A stretch of DNA of 64,000 nucleotides, taken from contig NC_087436.1 of the NCBI RefSeq assembly GCF_036321535.1, positions 82,524,001-82,588,000 of the forward strand, read 5' to 3'. The translations under genes were made by a program, and so were the position numbers. The stretch comes from Camelus dromedarius. Its lineage: Eukaryota. The notes under the pieces are model-generated. The model saw only the letters and a list, made by a program, of their open reading frames with translations, ran no database searches and had not been told where the DNA came from. How positions within the stretch are numbered: position 1 is the stretch's first letter; every line of letters begins with the position of its first letter. Of the stretch, positions 49,951 through 63,960 are shown one piece after another.

Positions 49951-52505
49951 AACATTAAATATCTTGAGTGAAATAGCATTCAAGTATATTCATCAGAATT
50001 AGAATCACTTATGTTCATCAAAGTACTCGTATTGAAAGTAGGTTTTTTATCATTGACTGTTTAATATAGAGCTAATGTAATGGCTTATATTTTTTGAGAT
50101 TTTACTGTATGTCAGGTACTATGGTAGTACTTCATCCATGCCTCACCCAAGTATTCCACCTGTCATCTCACCTCCATTTCACAGAGTATCCATCCAATGA
50201 GAGCTTCCTGAACATCCCTCTGTGCCACTGTGCCCAGGAGTGAGTGAGGCGCATGGAAGCCAAAGGATGCAAGAATTTCCAAAAGGGTGGCTTTGACATT
50301 CTCAAAGACCTCTCTCTTTCTAGCTCAGGAGAAATTAGTACATTCTCCCTGTTCTGTAATGTGTAATTGAAGGATTACAGATTACTTTAATTATACTTAG
50401 AGGATCCACGCAGGCTTATCTTAGGCAAGACTGTGCAATAGGCTTATTTCCACATCTCTTCGTCATTCCTTTCAGAGTTCCTCATCTTCTTGTGCCACCC
50501 ACCACTCACTAATCTCACTGCATCTCATTTCACAACTTCATCTGAGACAGACCCATGTGGCAGTGCTTTGGTCCTTTCCTGAGGCATTTGTCTGTCCTTC
50601 AGAAAGTCTCCACCACTCCCTGACCTGTGGGGCAGTGGGAGAAATTATTTTGGCTGTATTTTTTTTTTCTCAAATAAGATTCTGATATCTGTCCCTTTAG
50701 TTCCTCTTTCTCTGTGATTGCAGGGTTTTCTCACATTTACATTTACTACCTTTATTTTATGTATAAATATATTTATTTATTACACTTATTTATAATACAT
50801 TTATTTATCCTTCTCCCCCTTTCTGCATATTCTCTGGGGCACAGACTTTTGAGTATGGCCAGAGGTGGATATACCGCAGAGCTAAGCAGCTTGTTTCAGG
50901 GCTTCTTACAAAGTCCTGCACCTGATTTTGATTTCTCTCTTTTTAAAAAAGAAGGCCCCACCCATTGTGTAAACTTCTGGTTCCCAGGTTCTGAATCCAC
51001 TTGGAATTATGGCTCCCTTGAAGGCCTGTGGCATTTGTCACGTTGCAGGACTTAGTATCTGAATGATTTGCTTCATCGTATTAACAGCATGACAGTTCAC
51101 TTTTGAAGCCTCCCTCACCTTTGAAATAATCATATGCATCTGTCCTATTCTGTTTCTGCCTTTAGCTCTTCTCTCTAGGCCCTACTTTATTTGATTCTTT
51201 ACCTCCTTGTTATTTCTTTTCCCTGAATGCCAGGTTCTTAGCTTTCTCCTCTGACTGCTCTTGTTTGAATATCCCTTATTAGGTAAACTCTACCAGCATA
51301 TAAAAACCTCTTTGGGTTCAATAGGAACTGTCCCTCCTCCTTTGTGAGTAGAGTAAGTCGTTGTTAAGTTCAGCTAGTTGGGAGAGGAATTTCAAGTGCT
51401 TTCAGCTCTGTGAAAGAATTATTGACTGGGGTAGTTCTCTTCCAGGATTAAGAAAAACAGCAAATCATACCTCAGAACAGTTCCAAGTAGCCTCATTCTC
51501 ATGGTGTTGGGACCCTCTGGGGAACAATGGTGGGCTTTGATGAACAGTTTTTGTGTGAACCGCTAATGAAAGCCCTCATGCCAAGCAGGAGTCCCCTCAG
51601 GATTCAGCACATGGTGGAGACTTCTCGGGTGCCTTGGTGAGGTCCAGCGCACTGAAGAGGGGGAACAAACGCATGCCCCAGTGGTGCAGTGTTACTCATT
51701 ACCTGCCTTCTGTGAAAGGAGCAGGTACAATAAACCCTAATGGGTTTTTGTGGCTGGGGTTTGAGGAGTTCTTTGAAAATAGGATGGAAACACTATGCTT
51801 ATTTATGCCTTCAGAGGGGAAACTCTAGAAGAGTTATTCAGGCTAGGAGGAGACACAGCTGGTCTACAGCTGTACATTCTGCCTTTCTCACATTGGGAAG
51901 AGATTTTTTTTTTCCCTTCTGAATATCTAGATATCTTCCATTTGATCCCTCAGATCCACTCCACACCCACTCTCCAGCCTTCTCCACCCTGAGCTGTCCC
52001 AGGGCCTGTGTGAATTGCATCATCAGGTTCCCTTTCTGCTGGGTTCAGCCAATGAGGTGCACTGGCAGGAGAGATTTGAAGGAAGGAGGAGAGTAAAATT
52101 AGGGTGTATGTTTTCTCAGCTCCCTCTATGTGACTGTGTCCCTTTCCTGAAGGTCACAGCCCCTCTCAGTGTCCCTCTCCACACAGCATTTTCTGTCGGT
52201 TCAAAAAGTTCTCCTTTCCCTGGCTTGTACCATCTTAGCTGTTACTAGTCTGTTCCCACAACCCCTTGTGACTTCTCTACACCATGCCCACACCTTGGTA
52301 AGTCATCCCTTGATGTCACTCTCCTCAAATCCCCCAATTCAGTTTTCCTGCCCAGATCTATCATTTCCTTGCTATGACCCTGACCCACATAGCCCTTGAT
52401 TCAAAATTTAGGATTCGTGGGTTTGAATATAATTCAGATTCCCCTGCCAACAAAGCTGCCTCTTGCTCCCCAGTGCGGCCCTGTTTCAAGTCTTTTTATA
52501 GCTGC

Positions 52506-53070
52506 TATGGGGAACCACTGAGAACCCTAGGATTGGTATAAAGATTATTTTAAGTTGAAGACATTTGAGATTCAACAGGTGGATGCAGAAAGAAGCCTTC
52601 TTGGAGCTTGCCTTGTCTGACTAAAAGCAGAAACTTCTGAGAAATGAGAACTGCCATAAATTCCCCCTTCAGGGTGGCTTCTACTCCCAGGAGAGAGACC
52701 CAGAGTAAGTCTACCATAAATTCCTCTCAAGGAGGTTTTTATGACCTTGATGAAGACAGAAAAACCACTTACACCTTTATAGACAAATATCACAAACTCT
52801 CTCATCTCCAGTTTCTTCTAAAAACCTATTTGTCTTCCCTAAAGAAATCTTTTTGTTTTTCCCACAGAAGCTGTTTCTTCCCCTTCCCTTTCCTCTACTG
52901 AGTTGGGTTTATAAGCCTTTAACAGTTTAAGGAGCTGGCTACTTTTGTTGGCTCCCTTATGCATATGAATAAACCTTTTTCTCCTATTAATCTGGCTTTT
53001 GTCAGTTTAATTTGCAGGCCCCAATTACTGAACATAAGAGGATAGAGGAAAAAGTTTTTCTTCCCTTACA
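52506..53070 (+). mobile_element. ERV1 solo LTR (MER34/MER39-like)
   Basis: About 565 bp with TATA-like TTTATAAG, AATAAA and terminal TTTTCTTCCCTTACA. Flanked by a near-TSD CTGC/TTGC. Confidence 0.7.
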
Positions 53071-54449
53071 TTGCCTTAGCAGGTGCACATATTTCTTATT
53101 AAATGAACATAGCAGTCCTCATCTTTGGAGAGAATCAAAAGCTACAAGGTATTAAAGTGTGACTAGCACTCAATAAAGATTATTTCACACAGGATTTGAA
53201 GGTGTTATGGAATTGAAGAGTTTTAGAAAGAAATATGGGCAACCTGCTCTGGGAGTGTTCTGTGTTAGAAGTTGGCATTTTTCACCGTACTATCCCATTT
53301 CTCTGTTCATGCAATCTCTAGAATGTTATGACACCAGGACTAATCTGGAAACTTGGGAAGTGAAGTAGTCTCTCTGTTCTTTTCCCTTTTATTACAGTAC
53401 CTTCACACCCAAGGAAACTCAACTCATTAGCTTAGCCTGACTGAACATTGTAAACATTGTTCTAAAAATACTGTTTTTGGATGGTCTGTCCCAGAATGTG
53501 TAGGAATTTGCCTAATCAAGACTACTCTAATTAGCCAAATTAAAACAAAGTTGTATTTTGGATGAATAATACTGCACAAGGGAGTCTGTTGTTAATTCTT
53601 TTTGGACAGTGACTGTTTTGGGTTTCATGGCACTGTAATGTACACATCACATTCATGGACCACTAGAGATACTAGCCCTGTTAACAAGGCGCTGGGAAGC
53701 ATAGGAGAGTCAGCCATCTCCAGCCATGACCACAACCTCAGACCATACTGTGGCCACCTTCTAAACACAGGATTTGAGCAAAATGAGACAACAAAGAACC
53801 AAACATAGAGTAAGCATGGGCTGGACTTTTGTGTGTCATCTTTTGGGGAAGTAGAGAAGTTAATCACATTCAGGTCTGAGGCTATAGTAACATCCAACGT
53901 TCCTACCCAGTGTATTTTTCAAATTATAAGAAAACATTTACTTTTGCAATCAATCACTTTAAATTGTTTTCAGGTCACAAGAAGACATCAATCAGCTGGT
54001 ACTTCCCACCCGTCCCTCCCCCTGTGCCTATCTAAGAAGCTACTGAATGCAAGATTACTTGAAATGCCAAGTACGCCAAAAGCTTTAAGCTCCCAGTTCA
54101 AAACAAAAGCTTCTTGTAGCTTCCTGTATCTATATTTTAGGAAATTCGTGAAAAATTTTCCTAGAAAGAGGTTAACCTATACCCGACCATGAGGTCCTCA
54201 AAGCCTACTGTTATGTGTTCTGGAATTGGGGATCAGAAAAGAAAAAGAGAAGGAAAGAAGACACTTGAGGTTCAGCATTTGTGTTCTGTTTCTTCTGAAT
54301 TCCACCAGAATGCTGTGTTGATTTAGCGTTAGCTCAAAGTTGTTTGGTCCCCAATAAAAGATTGGGGAATCCACTGAACAAATGGCTTGAGAGTTAAAAA
54401 TGATTCCAAGCCCCAAATGGTGGGAGATTGGACTTCCAGTAGACCTTGA

Positions 54450-54740
54450 GCTTCGTTATACACTCATTGTAATATATTAACGTGGTAAATGGCACTCGCA
54501 CAGGCACCATGACAGTTCCAAGGCTGACCATAAAAGGTCAAAAAGTGGGTGGTGCCCCAAGTCTTGGGGATCATCACCCCTTTCCCAGAGTGGTTGGAAT
54601 ACTCCTTCCATTTGTTAGCATGTGAAGTTACCGAGCCCATTAAAAACTAACAACCCCCACGCCTTGTAGCCATACTCTCCCTTCTGAGTGAGACGACTGC
54701 ACTCTGTCTATGGATTGTGTACCCCCTTTTACTTTAAACT
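54450..54740 (+). mobile_element. MER41-like ERV1 LTR fragment
   Basis: GCACCATGACAGTT...TTGTTAGCAT...CTCTGTCTATGGA resembles the MER41 family as I recall it. Confidence 0.55.
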
Positions 54741-55828
54741 GAGCACCCAACACCCACCAGCATGAAGATCTGACCAATCATGGTGTCTTGAAACCAGCTA
54801 CAGGTTTTCTTTGACCCATAATCTAGATCAATTCTTCTGATTTTGTCAGATTTCAGGGCACCTTTCCTCTGGGTCCCTATCATATTATATAGATGATTAG
54901 GTAACTGAAGTTGAATCAAGTATGGTAAAAATGCATTACTTCTGGAGCTATTTGAGGATCATTCGGAATGGTGGATTCTTATCCTTGTTTATTTACTTTT
55001 ATTCACTCAATGGGCATAACACTATTATTGAACCTATGGTAAATTTTATCATATTTAAAAAACAAAACAAAACAAAAGCATTTACCAGTCCTTGCTCCAC
55101 TCATATTCAATTAAAATTTTATTAGTTGACTGGATTCTTCTAAAAATTTTGCCCATTTTGGGTGATAAGCTGCAAATCTGGGTCTTATACATATTCAGTG
55201 GACTACAGTGATTATGTAGTAAAGATAGAGTTTTGATTAGAATGTGTTTGGTAATTTTATTGTTTCAGCAATTATAGACTTTTACCAGGTATATGTAAAA
55301 TATGTATTTCCATAAATGACTATCTTGAGAACTGTCTCCATTTATCTTAATTAAGTTTTAGGAATTTGATGTGATCCGCCTTCAGGCAGCACTGCATTTT
55401 CTCATTATCCTCAAGGAAAAGGGTTGGTGGAAAAGGTGGCACAGGGCATTAAAGATGTCAGGAAAAGATTATAGGAGGATATTGTCTTAAATAACACTAC
55501 TTTTTTTTTTCTTGTTTAACATGATATTCCAAGTTCAAAAAGAAAATCATCTTGCTGAATTAAAAATGCGTTTTTTTTTTGTTTTTTTTTTTGCTTTGCT
55601 CAACCAATGGATCCTTAAGAAAATCTCCAGAAACTCCTGGCATCAGAGATGAAAATATTCTTCCTTCTTATGGGAATAGAGGTCGCAATAGTTTATGATC
55701 ATTGTTCCTAAACAAGTCAGGTCAAGGTCATTGCAACCTATCCGCATGGTTGCCTAAGAGAGAAGGCAGAACAGAGACACATTCCTGGCTTGAAACCCCT
55801 TAGTTTTGTTTCCTTTTGTATCAAAAGG

Positions 55829-55895
55829 ATTGGCTTTCACCATGAGAGAGGTTGTAATTGGATTTCACCATGAAAGGAGGTTGTAATTAGATTTC
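55829..55895 (+). repeat. Short tandem duplication, 28-29 bp unit x 2.3
   Basis: ATTGGCTTTCACCATGAGAGAGGTTGTA / ATTGGATTTCACCATGAAAGGAGGTTGTA / ATTAGATTTC. Confidence 0.9.
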
Positions 55896-56644
55896 TCAGC
55901 AGGTCTGCAAGTTCTGTCCCTGGCGAAAAAAAAAAAAAAAACAGGGAAAAGGGCCTGAATATTCTTTCTTATAGCCCAGGCAAGCCTGCAGAGCTTGGTC
56001 TGAAAGGCAAAGGGAGAACGGGCTATGTGCATGCCAGCCCCCCTTGACCTCTGATGGATCAATGTCAGCTCTGGTCTCTTAAGACCAAGTGCATGGTCTT
56101 TCAGGTTGAGGGTGGAAATCAGTGCATGCAGTAGCTAAATATTACTTGGCACTTGGGAGGAAACATAGGATGTTCCTTTGAATAAAACTCTCTGACTCTT
56201 GGTCTCTCTGTCTCTTGAGGTCCTGAAATGCCTATCTCCTAGAGAAGGAGAGAGCACTTAAAATTTAGCATACTCTGGAACACCATTTTCCATCTAGATT
56301 TAGGAGTGAACTTACACAAACAAACAATATATTTTGGGTATTGTGGTTCATTTTGAGTTCTCATTGTATTAGTCTCTTTTCAGTTTCTATTATATTTTCT
56401 AAAGATTTAAATTGGAATAAGATTAGGTCTGAGTAGGTGTTTTTATTTGATTTCTTTTCAGTTCCTATAGTTTTTTAAAGAACATCAATTTAATTAATTT
56501 AGAACACTAATTTAAATTTACATTTAAAATGGTAAATTTATTTTTGAAATTCTGCATATTGCCTTGCCACTTAAATCTACTTAATCTAACCATCCGTCTC
56601 CACTGCGTACTCCTTATCTCACTATATCTCTTCTTTCTTAAAAA

Positions 56645-57040
56645 TTTTTTTTAAATTGAAGTATAGTTGATGTACAATATTATATGTCTCAGGTGTACAA
56701 TATAGTGATTCACAATTTTAAGGATTAGACTCCATTTATAGTTATTATGAAATATTGGCTGTATTTCCTGTGTTGTACAATGTGTCCCTGTAGCTTATTT
56801 TATACATAATAGTTTGTACCTCTTAACCCCTACCCCTAAAATGCCCCTCCCCACTTCCCTCTCCCCATGGGTAACCACTAGTTTGTTCTCTATATCGATG
56901 AGTATGTTTCTTTTTTGTTATATTCACTAGTTTGTTGTATTTTTTAAATTCCACATGTAAGTGATATCATCCAGTGTTTGTCTTTCTCCGTCTGACTTAT
57001 GTCCTTTAGCATAAAGCCCTCCAAGCTCATCCATGTTGTT
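56645..57040 (-). mobile_element. L1 3'-end fragment, similar to the element at 393-1570
   Basis: Poly-T then AATTGAAGTATAGTTGATGTACAAT...CCACATGTAAGTGATATCAT...CATCCATGTTGTTG. Confidence 0.85.
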
Positions 57041-60000
57041 GTGGGTTCTTTTCTCTTTTTATCTCCCTTCTCTTTCTTCTTCTAAGTATTGACGAGCTGT
57101 CTGACTTCTGAACTGGATTGGAAACATGGCCATCCACACCTTTAAAGGGAGGAACAGGCTTGGAGTCTGCTCTTTCCCATCTCTTGTTTTGGTTATGTCA
57201 ATGACTTTTTGGAAATTTTAGTGCTGGTAATTATTGTTTCAAGTTTCCCTAACTGAATTTTCCTCATGTTGCCTTGCGTTCCTCAGGCAGTTCAGATGCC
57301 CTCCTCCTCCCGCTGTGGGCTCCTTCATTGGCAGCCTCAGCCAAATTTACAAGAAAACTTCTTTAGCATTTTTGGTTTCCAAGACAGATGATGACTACTT
57401 GATCCATTCATTTTACCTTATCTAAAGTCAAAAGACCTGAGAAAGACACACGGTATACCCTAGAAAGCCTAGGGAGAGGAGAGGCTGCAGTGACTGTTTT
57501 CCTTGTTATTTTACTTTTCTTCTTACTGCTGGCATATTATTTCGTGGAGTGTGTACATCCACGCTTCCAAATAAGGCCAGGTATCTTCTGTTGAATTCGT
57601 TTATATCAGAGGGAGATTGTAGGCTGCTATTTTTAGTAATTATTATAACTATGGAAAAACTTCCCTTCAGGGAAATGTAGTAAACAAAATGGTTATTATA
57701 GGTACTTCATAATCAGACTCAAACAGAGCATTCCCCTTCACCCTGTCTTTATACGATAGCCAAAGACTTCGTTATCAGCAAATCCCTGAGTCATATTTTG
57801 GCTAACATATACGTGTTGTTACCTGATACAGAGTTAACAGTGATGCTTTGGGGCTTTTCAAGTATTATGAGTCTCTTGGGAGAGCTCTATAGCTTGGCAT
57901 TAAAGTCATCTGAAGGATTAAGAAAGATGTTCTTCTATTTCAAGTTCTCTGCTGAGTCACCGTCTGACATCAAGATTGCCCAGCTCTGTAAATGTATATG
58001 ATATACACTCAAAGATACATATTTTTCTGGAGCTCTGACCTTCAACTGCTGGTTATCCTGCCTAACTGAACTCACCATTATATGAATCCAAGCTAGGGTA
58101 GACTTGGTTCATGCGCATCAGAACTTGAGATCTAACCAGAATTCAACAGAGATGTTAAAGATACACATTAAACATGAATGAAGCAGAGGATAAATGCATT
58201 GAGTGCCCAGGGAAGAGGATGTTATGGGGCATCGCTTAGGCTTCGCATCTCCCACTGCTCTGCCTCTTGCTCTCCCAGGAACTGGCTCCTCTCTGTTCCT
58301 CAAATAGGCCGTGATCCCTTTTGCTACAGGGTCTTTGCACAAGGTGTTCACATGCTCAGAATTCTCTTGCCAGAACCTACTTGCCCCAACCACCAACATC
58401 CAGCACACACAAACCTTCTGCAGAGTTAATCTCTATTTAGCTTTCAGATCAAGGAAAGCCATCAGTGACCTTGAGCAGAGGTCAGGCTCCTTACATTCTT
58501 AGAATAAAGGTGCTTTGCCTTCTTAACACATTTCAGCATATAATTATATGCAATACATGCTCAATATAATGTGAATTTTTCACCCCCCAAAATTGTGCTA
58601 TAAAAAAGAGAGATTTGACTTATATTCTCATACTTCTGAGGTCTCTCACATTAATGGTCATTGTCTCAGTTATTTCATTTGGAACAACAAAGTACCATTT
58701 TAGGAAAACAGCCTGAAATGATCTCAAGCAATATTTATTTTTGTTTTTAAGAAAGTCACCATGACAGTAAAAAAGGAGATAAAGATATTTAAAACAGATT
58801 TGATGATAATTATTCTTGAGGTATGACTTCATTATTGCAAGTGTTGGAATTACACAATTTTAGAAAACCACACTTCATGGACTCCAGTGGTTTTAAATAA
58901 GCCCTTTAAAGAGCACTGGAAAAAACCATATAGTAAGTAATTAATATGTAGAGATCATCACTGTAGAGTGAGAATTTATGCTTGGGGCTCAAATTTGCAG
59001 CATCAGCAGATTTTTGAGAAATGCGTTATGAACAACTTGCAGAGAATTCATAATGCACTACTCTCTATTAGATAATTACAGAGTGGGTCCAGTGAATGCA
59101 GACAAGGATGTTAAAGGTGCATAGAGAGAGTTTTAACAAAATTGTTTCCTGAAATATGAGGATGGAAAAATTTTTTTTAAGTATAAAATATTTAGAATGA
59201 AATGAGATTTAAAATATGTATATATAACAATAGAGTTAAGTGTCCTAGGTATACATTACAATATATTATCCATCTGTGCACTTAGGTTGACTGAAGACTG
59301 TGGCTGAGGATCTTTCCATTAGAAAAATGAAGATGACTTTGTATTTGGGGTCACCTTATGTTTGGGCAAATGCACTTTTTATTAATGCAATGATTTGATT
59401 AACGACTGCCTTTTTAACTACACAGCAAACTTCACGGGAGCACAGCCTCTCTTATTATGGCTCCTGTAGCGTCTCTGGCATTTTAAATGGGGTAGAGCAC
59501 TGAATACATTAGTTGCTTGAGAGATAAGGAAAAAATATTACTTATTTACCTAATTGTATAACTTAGAAAATAGTTGAGAAACTAAAACAGAAACTTTAAT
59601 AACAAGGATCGTAATGAAAGATAAAATGTTTTGATACGTTTTGCCCTAGTGTTAATCAAGATGAGAAGAGTCCTTTTTACTCTTTATAAATATCAAAACC
59701 CTTAATTATTTCCTTTTATTCTCTAGAAATTTAATGGTTCACATTTATACAATAATTCTGAGTCCTGTATTTATTACAGTTTACTCACTGGGAGATTCCA
59801 AGTTCAAAAAAGCCAGTCTCATCAGTGTTAGACTTAATGAGAAAAGGATTAAAAGAACTACTACTTCTTGAGCACTTCTATCCATTATTTCAGTTAATCC
59901 CCCAACAATCTTATGAATTACCTGTTATCCTCATTTAAGAAGTAGGGGAAACTGAGGCTTGGTGAGTTTAACAGCCAACCGTTACCACTGGTCAGATATT

Positions 60001-63000
60001 GTGATAAGATCCTTACATGCAATCTCATTCAATTCCCACGACTATTTCATGACTATTATTACCTCTAATTTACATTTGAGAAGACAAGGCAAAGAGTGGA
60101 TTAGATTAAAAAACTGGAGTATGAGTACCAGGATTTGAGCCCAGGCAGCCTGTCCCTGATCTCCCCTGATAAGCACGTAGTGAAGATGGGAGGAGGTGGT
60201 GGGAACCTGGAAATGGATTTACTGCGGGATGTGCAGTATGTGCTAGAAAGTGAGGTCTTTCTATTTTTCCTGCTTGCCTTTGTCCCCGTCCTCCACAGTA
60301 AACTGCTCACCGTTTAGTAGCTTTCTTGTTCGTTTTCTTAACACATATTCATTGACTCTTAAAAGGAAACATTTGGCTACTGTTGTTGGTATACGTAAGA
60401 TGGTTGCATAATAGGGAGGAAACAAGCCAGGACTGGAGACTTCATTTCTAAAGAAGGATTTTTAAAGCGGACTAAGAGTTATTTCACGGAGAGGATTGTG
60501 AGACTCGAGTCTCTCTATCATCGCTCTGATGGCGGCCTGCTCCTGCTTCACGTAGCCAGAAAAAAGGGGCTGACATTTCAATGCTAAGAACATCGGGGAG
60601 AGGTTTACAAAAACAAAAACCAAAAAAACAAAAAACAAGCCCTTTGCTTGAATTTCAGTTCGAGAGGAAAAAATACCCCTAGAGCAAGTCAAAACCCCTA
60701 TTCTTGCCTTTAGAAAAGGTAAGAAAGGAGAAATGTTGGGGGCCTCCTCTGTCCAAGTAGGCCAATAAAACAGAATTGAGTGCAAAGCAGCGTTTTGCCT
60801 CAGTCCTCTTAATGGCAGTCTGTAACAGAAAGCTTGCTTTGGTTTCATTTGACTTGGCCATTAAGAAGCAACTAATTGACGAAGCAGTAAAGACTCTCAG
60901 TAATAAATACTTCACGTCGAGGTCCCTCAGGGGAATACAGTAGTGTCAGGTTTATTTTTCCATTTCTTAGGATTAAAAAAAAGACAACTCAAAGAAATAT
61001 TTCCTTCTTGACCTCCAATTTTACTGTCAGAAAATTATTCCAAGTGAATAATCAAACACTTTCTCTCTGTATATCTAGTACTCTGCCAGGTACTATACCT
61101 GACATTAAAAAAAAATCTTATTTAATTCCTACAACAACCCCCTTGTGGGTATTATTATCACTATTTGCTGAATAGGTGGGTAAACTGAGTCCTGGAGTTG
61201 TGAAGGGACTGCCCAAGCTCACTCGGCCAGGATTCAAACTCAGTGGTGTTAGACACTGAAACCCATGCTCTATCCACTCTGCCTTGCTGACTCAGAGGCG
61301 TAGACCTGAAATTGACATTTTATTACACAGCAAAGTGTCTAAGTACAAGGAAGAAACCCGGAGGGAACAAGTAGAGTAAATTCCCTTTCTACAGAGTTCC
61401 ACTTGGGAAGTACAGGCGGCCTCGTGCTGTAATGTTAGCTGTGATTGATGGATTGATCCATATGTATCAGCCATAGCTGTTCTCCTCGCTTAATTATCAC
61501 AACAAATCTCTAAGGTAGCAACTAATTTTATGATCCCCATTTCCACAAATGAGGGGACTGAGGCTCAAAGAGTCATTTGCCCAAAGTCACCGAGCCTGGG
61601 AGAGCCTGGGTATAAACCAGATCTGTGTATTTCCAGAGCCCATGATGTCACTCACTTTATCACACCATCTCCCTACAATCAGTCAAGACCACACACTCTG
61701 TTCCCCAGAGTTCTGACTGTCTCTCGATGCCCAAGACAAAAACCAGGCTAGCCTCAGGTAGTACTACCGTTGCAAGCTCACCTTTGGGGGAAGATGCTGG
61801 GTGGCCCCTGTATGAACCAGACCCTCACCTAATTGGACATCTCTTTGGCAGCTAGGGCTGCTGGGGAAGTTCTCCTGGATTTGTGGGGCCCCCTTTTCCC
61901 TCACTGGAGGTTGTTCCAGAATGATATGTTAGTGAAAAGGGCATCTGAAGTCTTAACAACAGTCACTCATATTCTCGGTGGAAAAAGAGTCCCAGCATGT
62001 TCTGGACATTGTGCTAAACTTAACTAAAATAGCAATGTTTGTGTACAGTTATGTATCAACTGAATAAAAATAACAAGCAGTCAGGAGGAAATGAGATGAA
62101 TAATGTTCTGGAGTTTCCAGACATATCACTATTCATTTCATTTCTGTCATCACTATTTATTATTTTTACTTAGTTGATAAGTGAAACTGCATGAGAGGCT
62201 ATTGGGGATTAAACTCCAAAGGACCTGGAAAGGAAATCCCAGTACTCCAGTTGCTAAATGGCTGTTCAAAAATTCTCTGAGAGAAAAAAGGCAAGATTCG
62301 TTAATAACATGTACCTATTCTTTTCCAAAATGTAGAAAGCAGCATTGCTTGATTGGATAATAAGTATATGAAACAGATTGTTGTGCTTTGCTGGATCTTG
62401 TTGAATGGACAGAAATATAAACTTAAATGTTTCCTGAGAGGAGTGTCCTTTAAAAAAAAAGTCATAGTTAACAATAGTTATAACCATGAAAGTTTAGCTG
62501 AATAAGTTGTGGAGTGAAAAAAGCTGGTACCCATGAGAAAGGGGAGAATTAAAAAAGAAAGATTTCTGCTGAGTTGGACGTAGTGATCATTTCTATTCAG
62601 TGTACTTAGGCTCTGGGCCAGAGGAGAGCTTGGATACAATGCCAAGATGACATATTTAACCTCTTTTCAGATTAAAGGCAGTTCAAAAGAGATACTCTCT
62701 CTGCACTACCTCTTGGCTATGGTATCAACAGCATTGATCTGCAGTTAAAAACGTGGTTTTCTCCTGCAGGGTGACCCCTAATATCTAAAAGAAATGAGGG
62801 AGCATGACTTGCATTATTGTTTTGTTTTAGAAGATAGAGCCAGACACGAAGATACCTTAAAGATACAGGAGTTATCATAATTTTTTAGCTCTTTGATTCC
62901 CCTCCTCCTTTTCCCCTTCCTAAATAAGGTATCATTAGGAATTAGAAATTGTGTGTGTGTGTGTGCATCTTAAAAATGATCGAAGGAGATAAGAAACAAT

Positions 63001-63604
63001 GAGTCGTAAAACTGTAAAAGGGCATCAGGAAAAAATTATAGCCACAATAACTAAAAAATAATCAATGAAGAATGTAGTATTATAGGGATTTTCTTACCTC
63101 TTGGAAAAGCAAAATATTCCATTTCTACATTGCTGTTAGGTACAGACTGGGAAAATGATGGTGATTGACTAACTTCGGATAATTTAAACATGGAAAACAC
63201 TCAAGTTACTTTAATCTGAAAGATTTTTTTTAAAAAGCTATCTGCCCTTTGATTTATTTAATATATTTAGTAAAGTGTTTCTATAAAATACATTTCCAGA
63301 TTTCAGACTTCACCAAGATTTGAATGCTAGTCTGACCAACCATAGTTCTGCATTTGTCTTCTTGGTTTACACTAAAACCATTACTTATTAGTACCTACTA
63401 TTTAATCTTGGAGAAGAAAAGGAAGCATGAATTCAGTTGTTAAAATTCCCTCTTAAGTAGGTTTTCTGTAAATCATGCAAAAGGGTTTTTTGGGGGTAAA
63501 AAAATGGCTTTGTATTAGGTAAAAATATTAGACATCTTTATCAGATCACGCAAATCGTATTAACAAATGCAATTAGATGATACAGTAAACTTATTAAAAT
63601 TTAC

Positions 63605-63960
63605 CTTCAGGTAGGTAGCTGGACCCAGAGCCTTGGCAGAAAATTGAAGTTGAGTCCTCTCTTTGCACACAGCCTGGAAATAAAAGTTTGACAAATATCC
63701 AATACTCTTCAAATCTCTTTCCTCGTTAGCTCTGCTTCTTTGCCCAGAAACACATTCAAGTCTATTGGAGTTGAAATTCTGCTGCTCTGTCAACTAGTCA
63801 GGGTCTGAGGTGACAGACAAATTTGGAGGTTGGCACTGGGACGTGTTTCAGACTGTCATCGTTTTTGTTGCAGATTCCTGCAGTTCCCAGCGGGCTCGCC
63901 TCTCACTCCGAGGGCGGCGAGTGCGCGATGAGCTTTACAGGCGGTGCAGACCTGCAGGCA
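63605..63960 (-). other. SPARCL1: SPARCL1 exon 1 (non-coding 5' UTR) and proximal promoter edge
   Basis: Donor GAAG|gtaaat at 63604-63599. Sequence resembles the hevin 5' UTR as I recall it (CTAGTTGACAGAGCAGCAGAA...GGCTCTGGGTCCAGC). Local CpG enrichment at 63890-63950; TSS uncertain. Confidence 0.8.
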
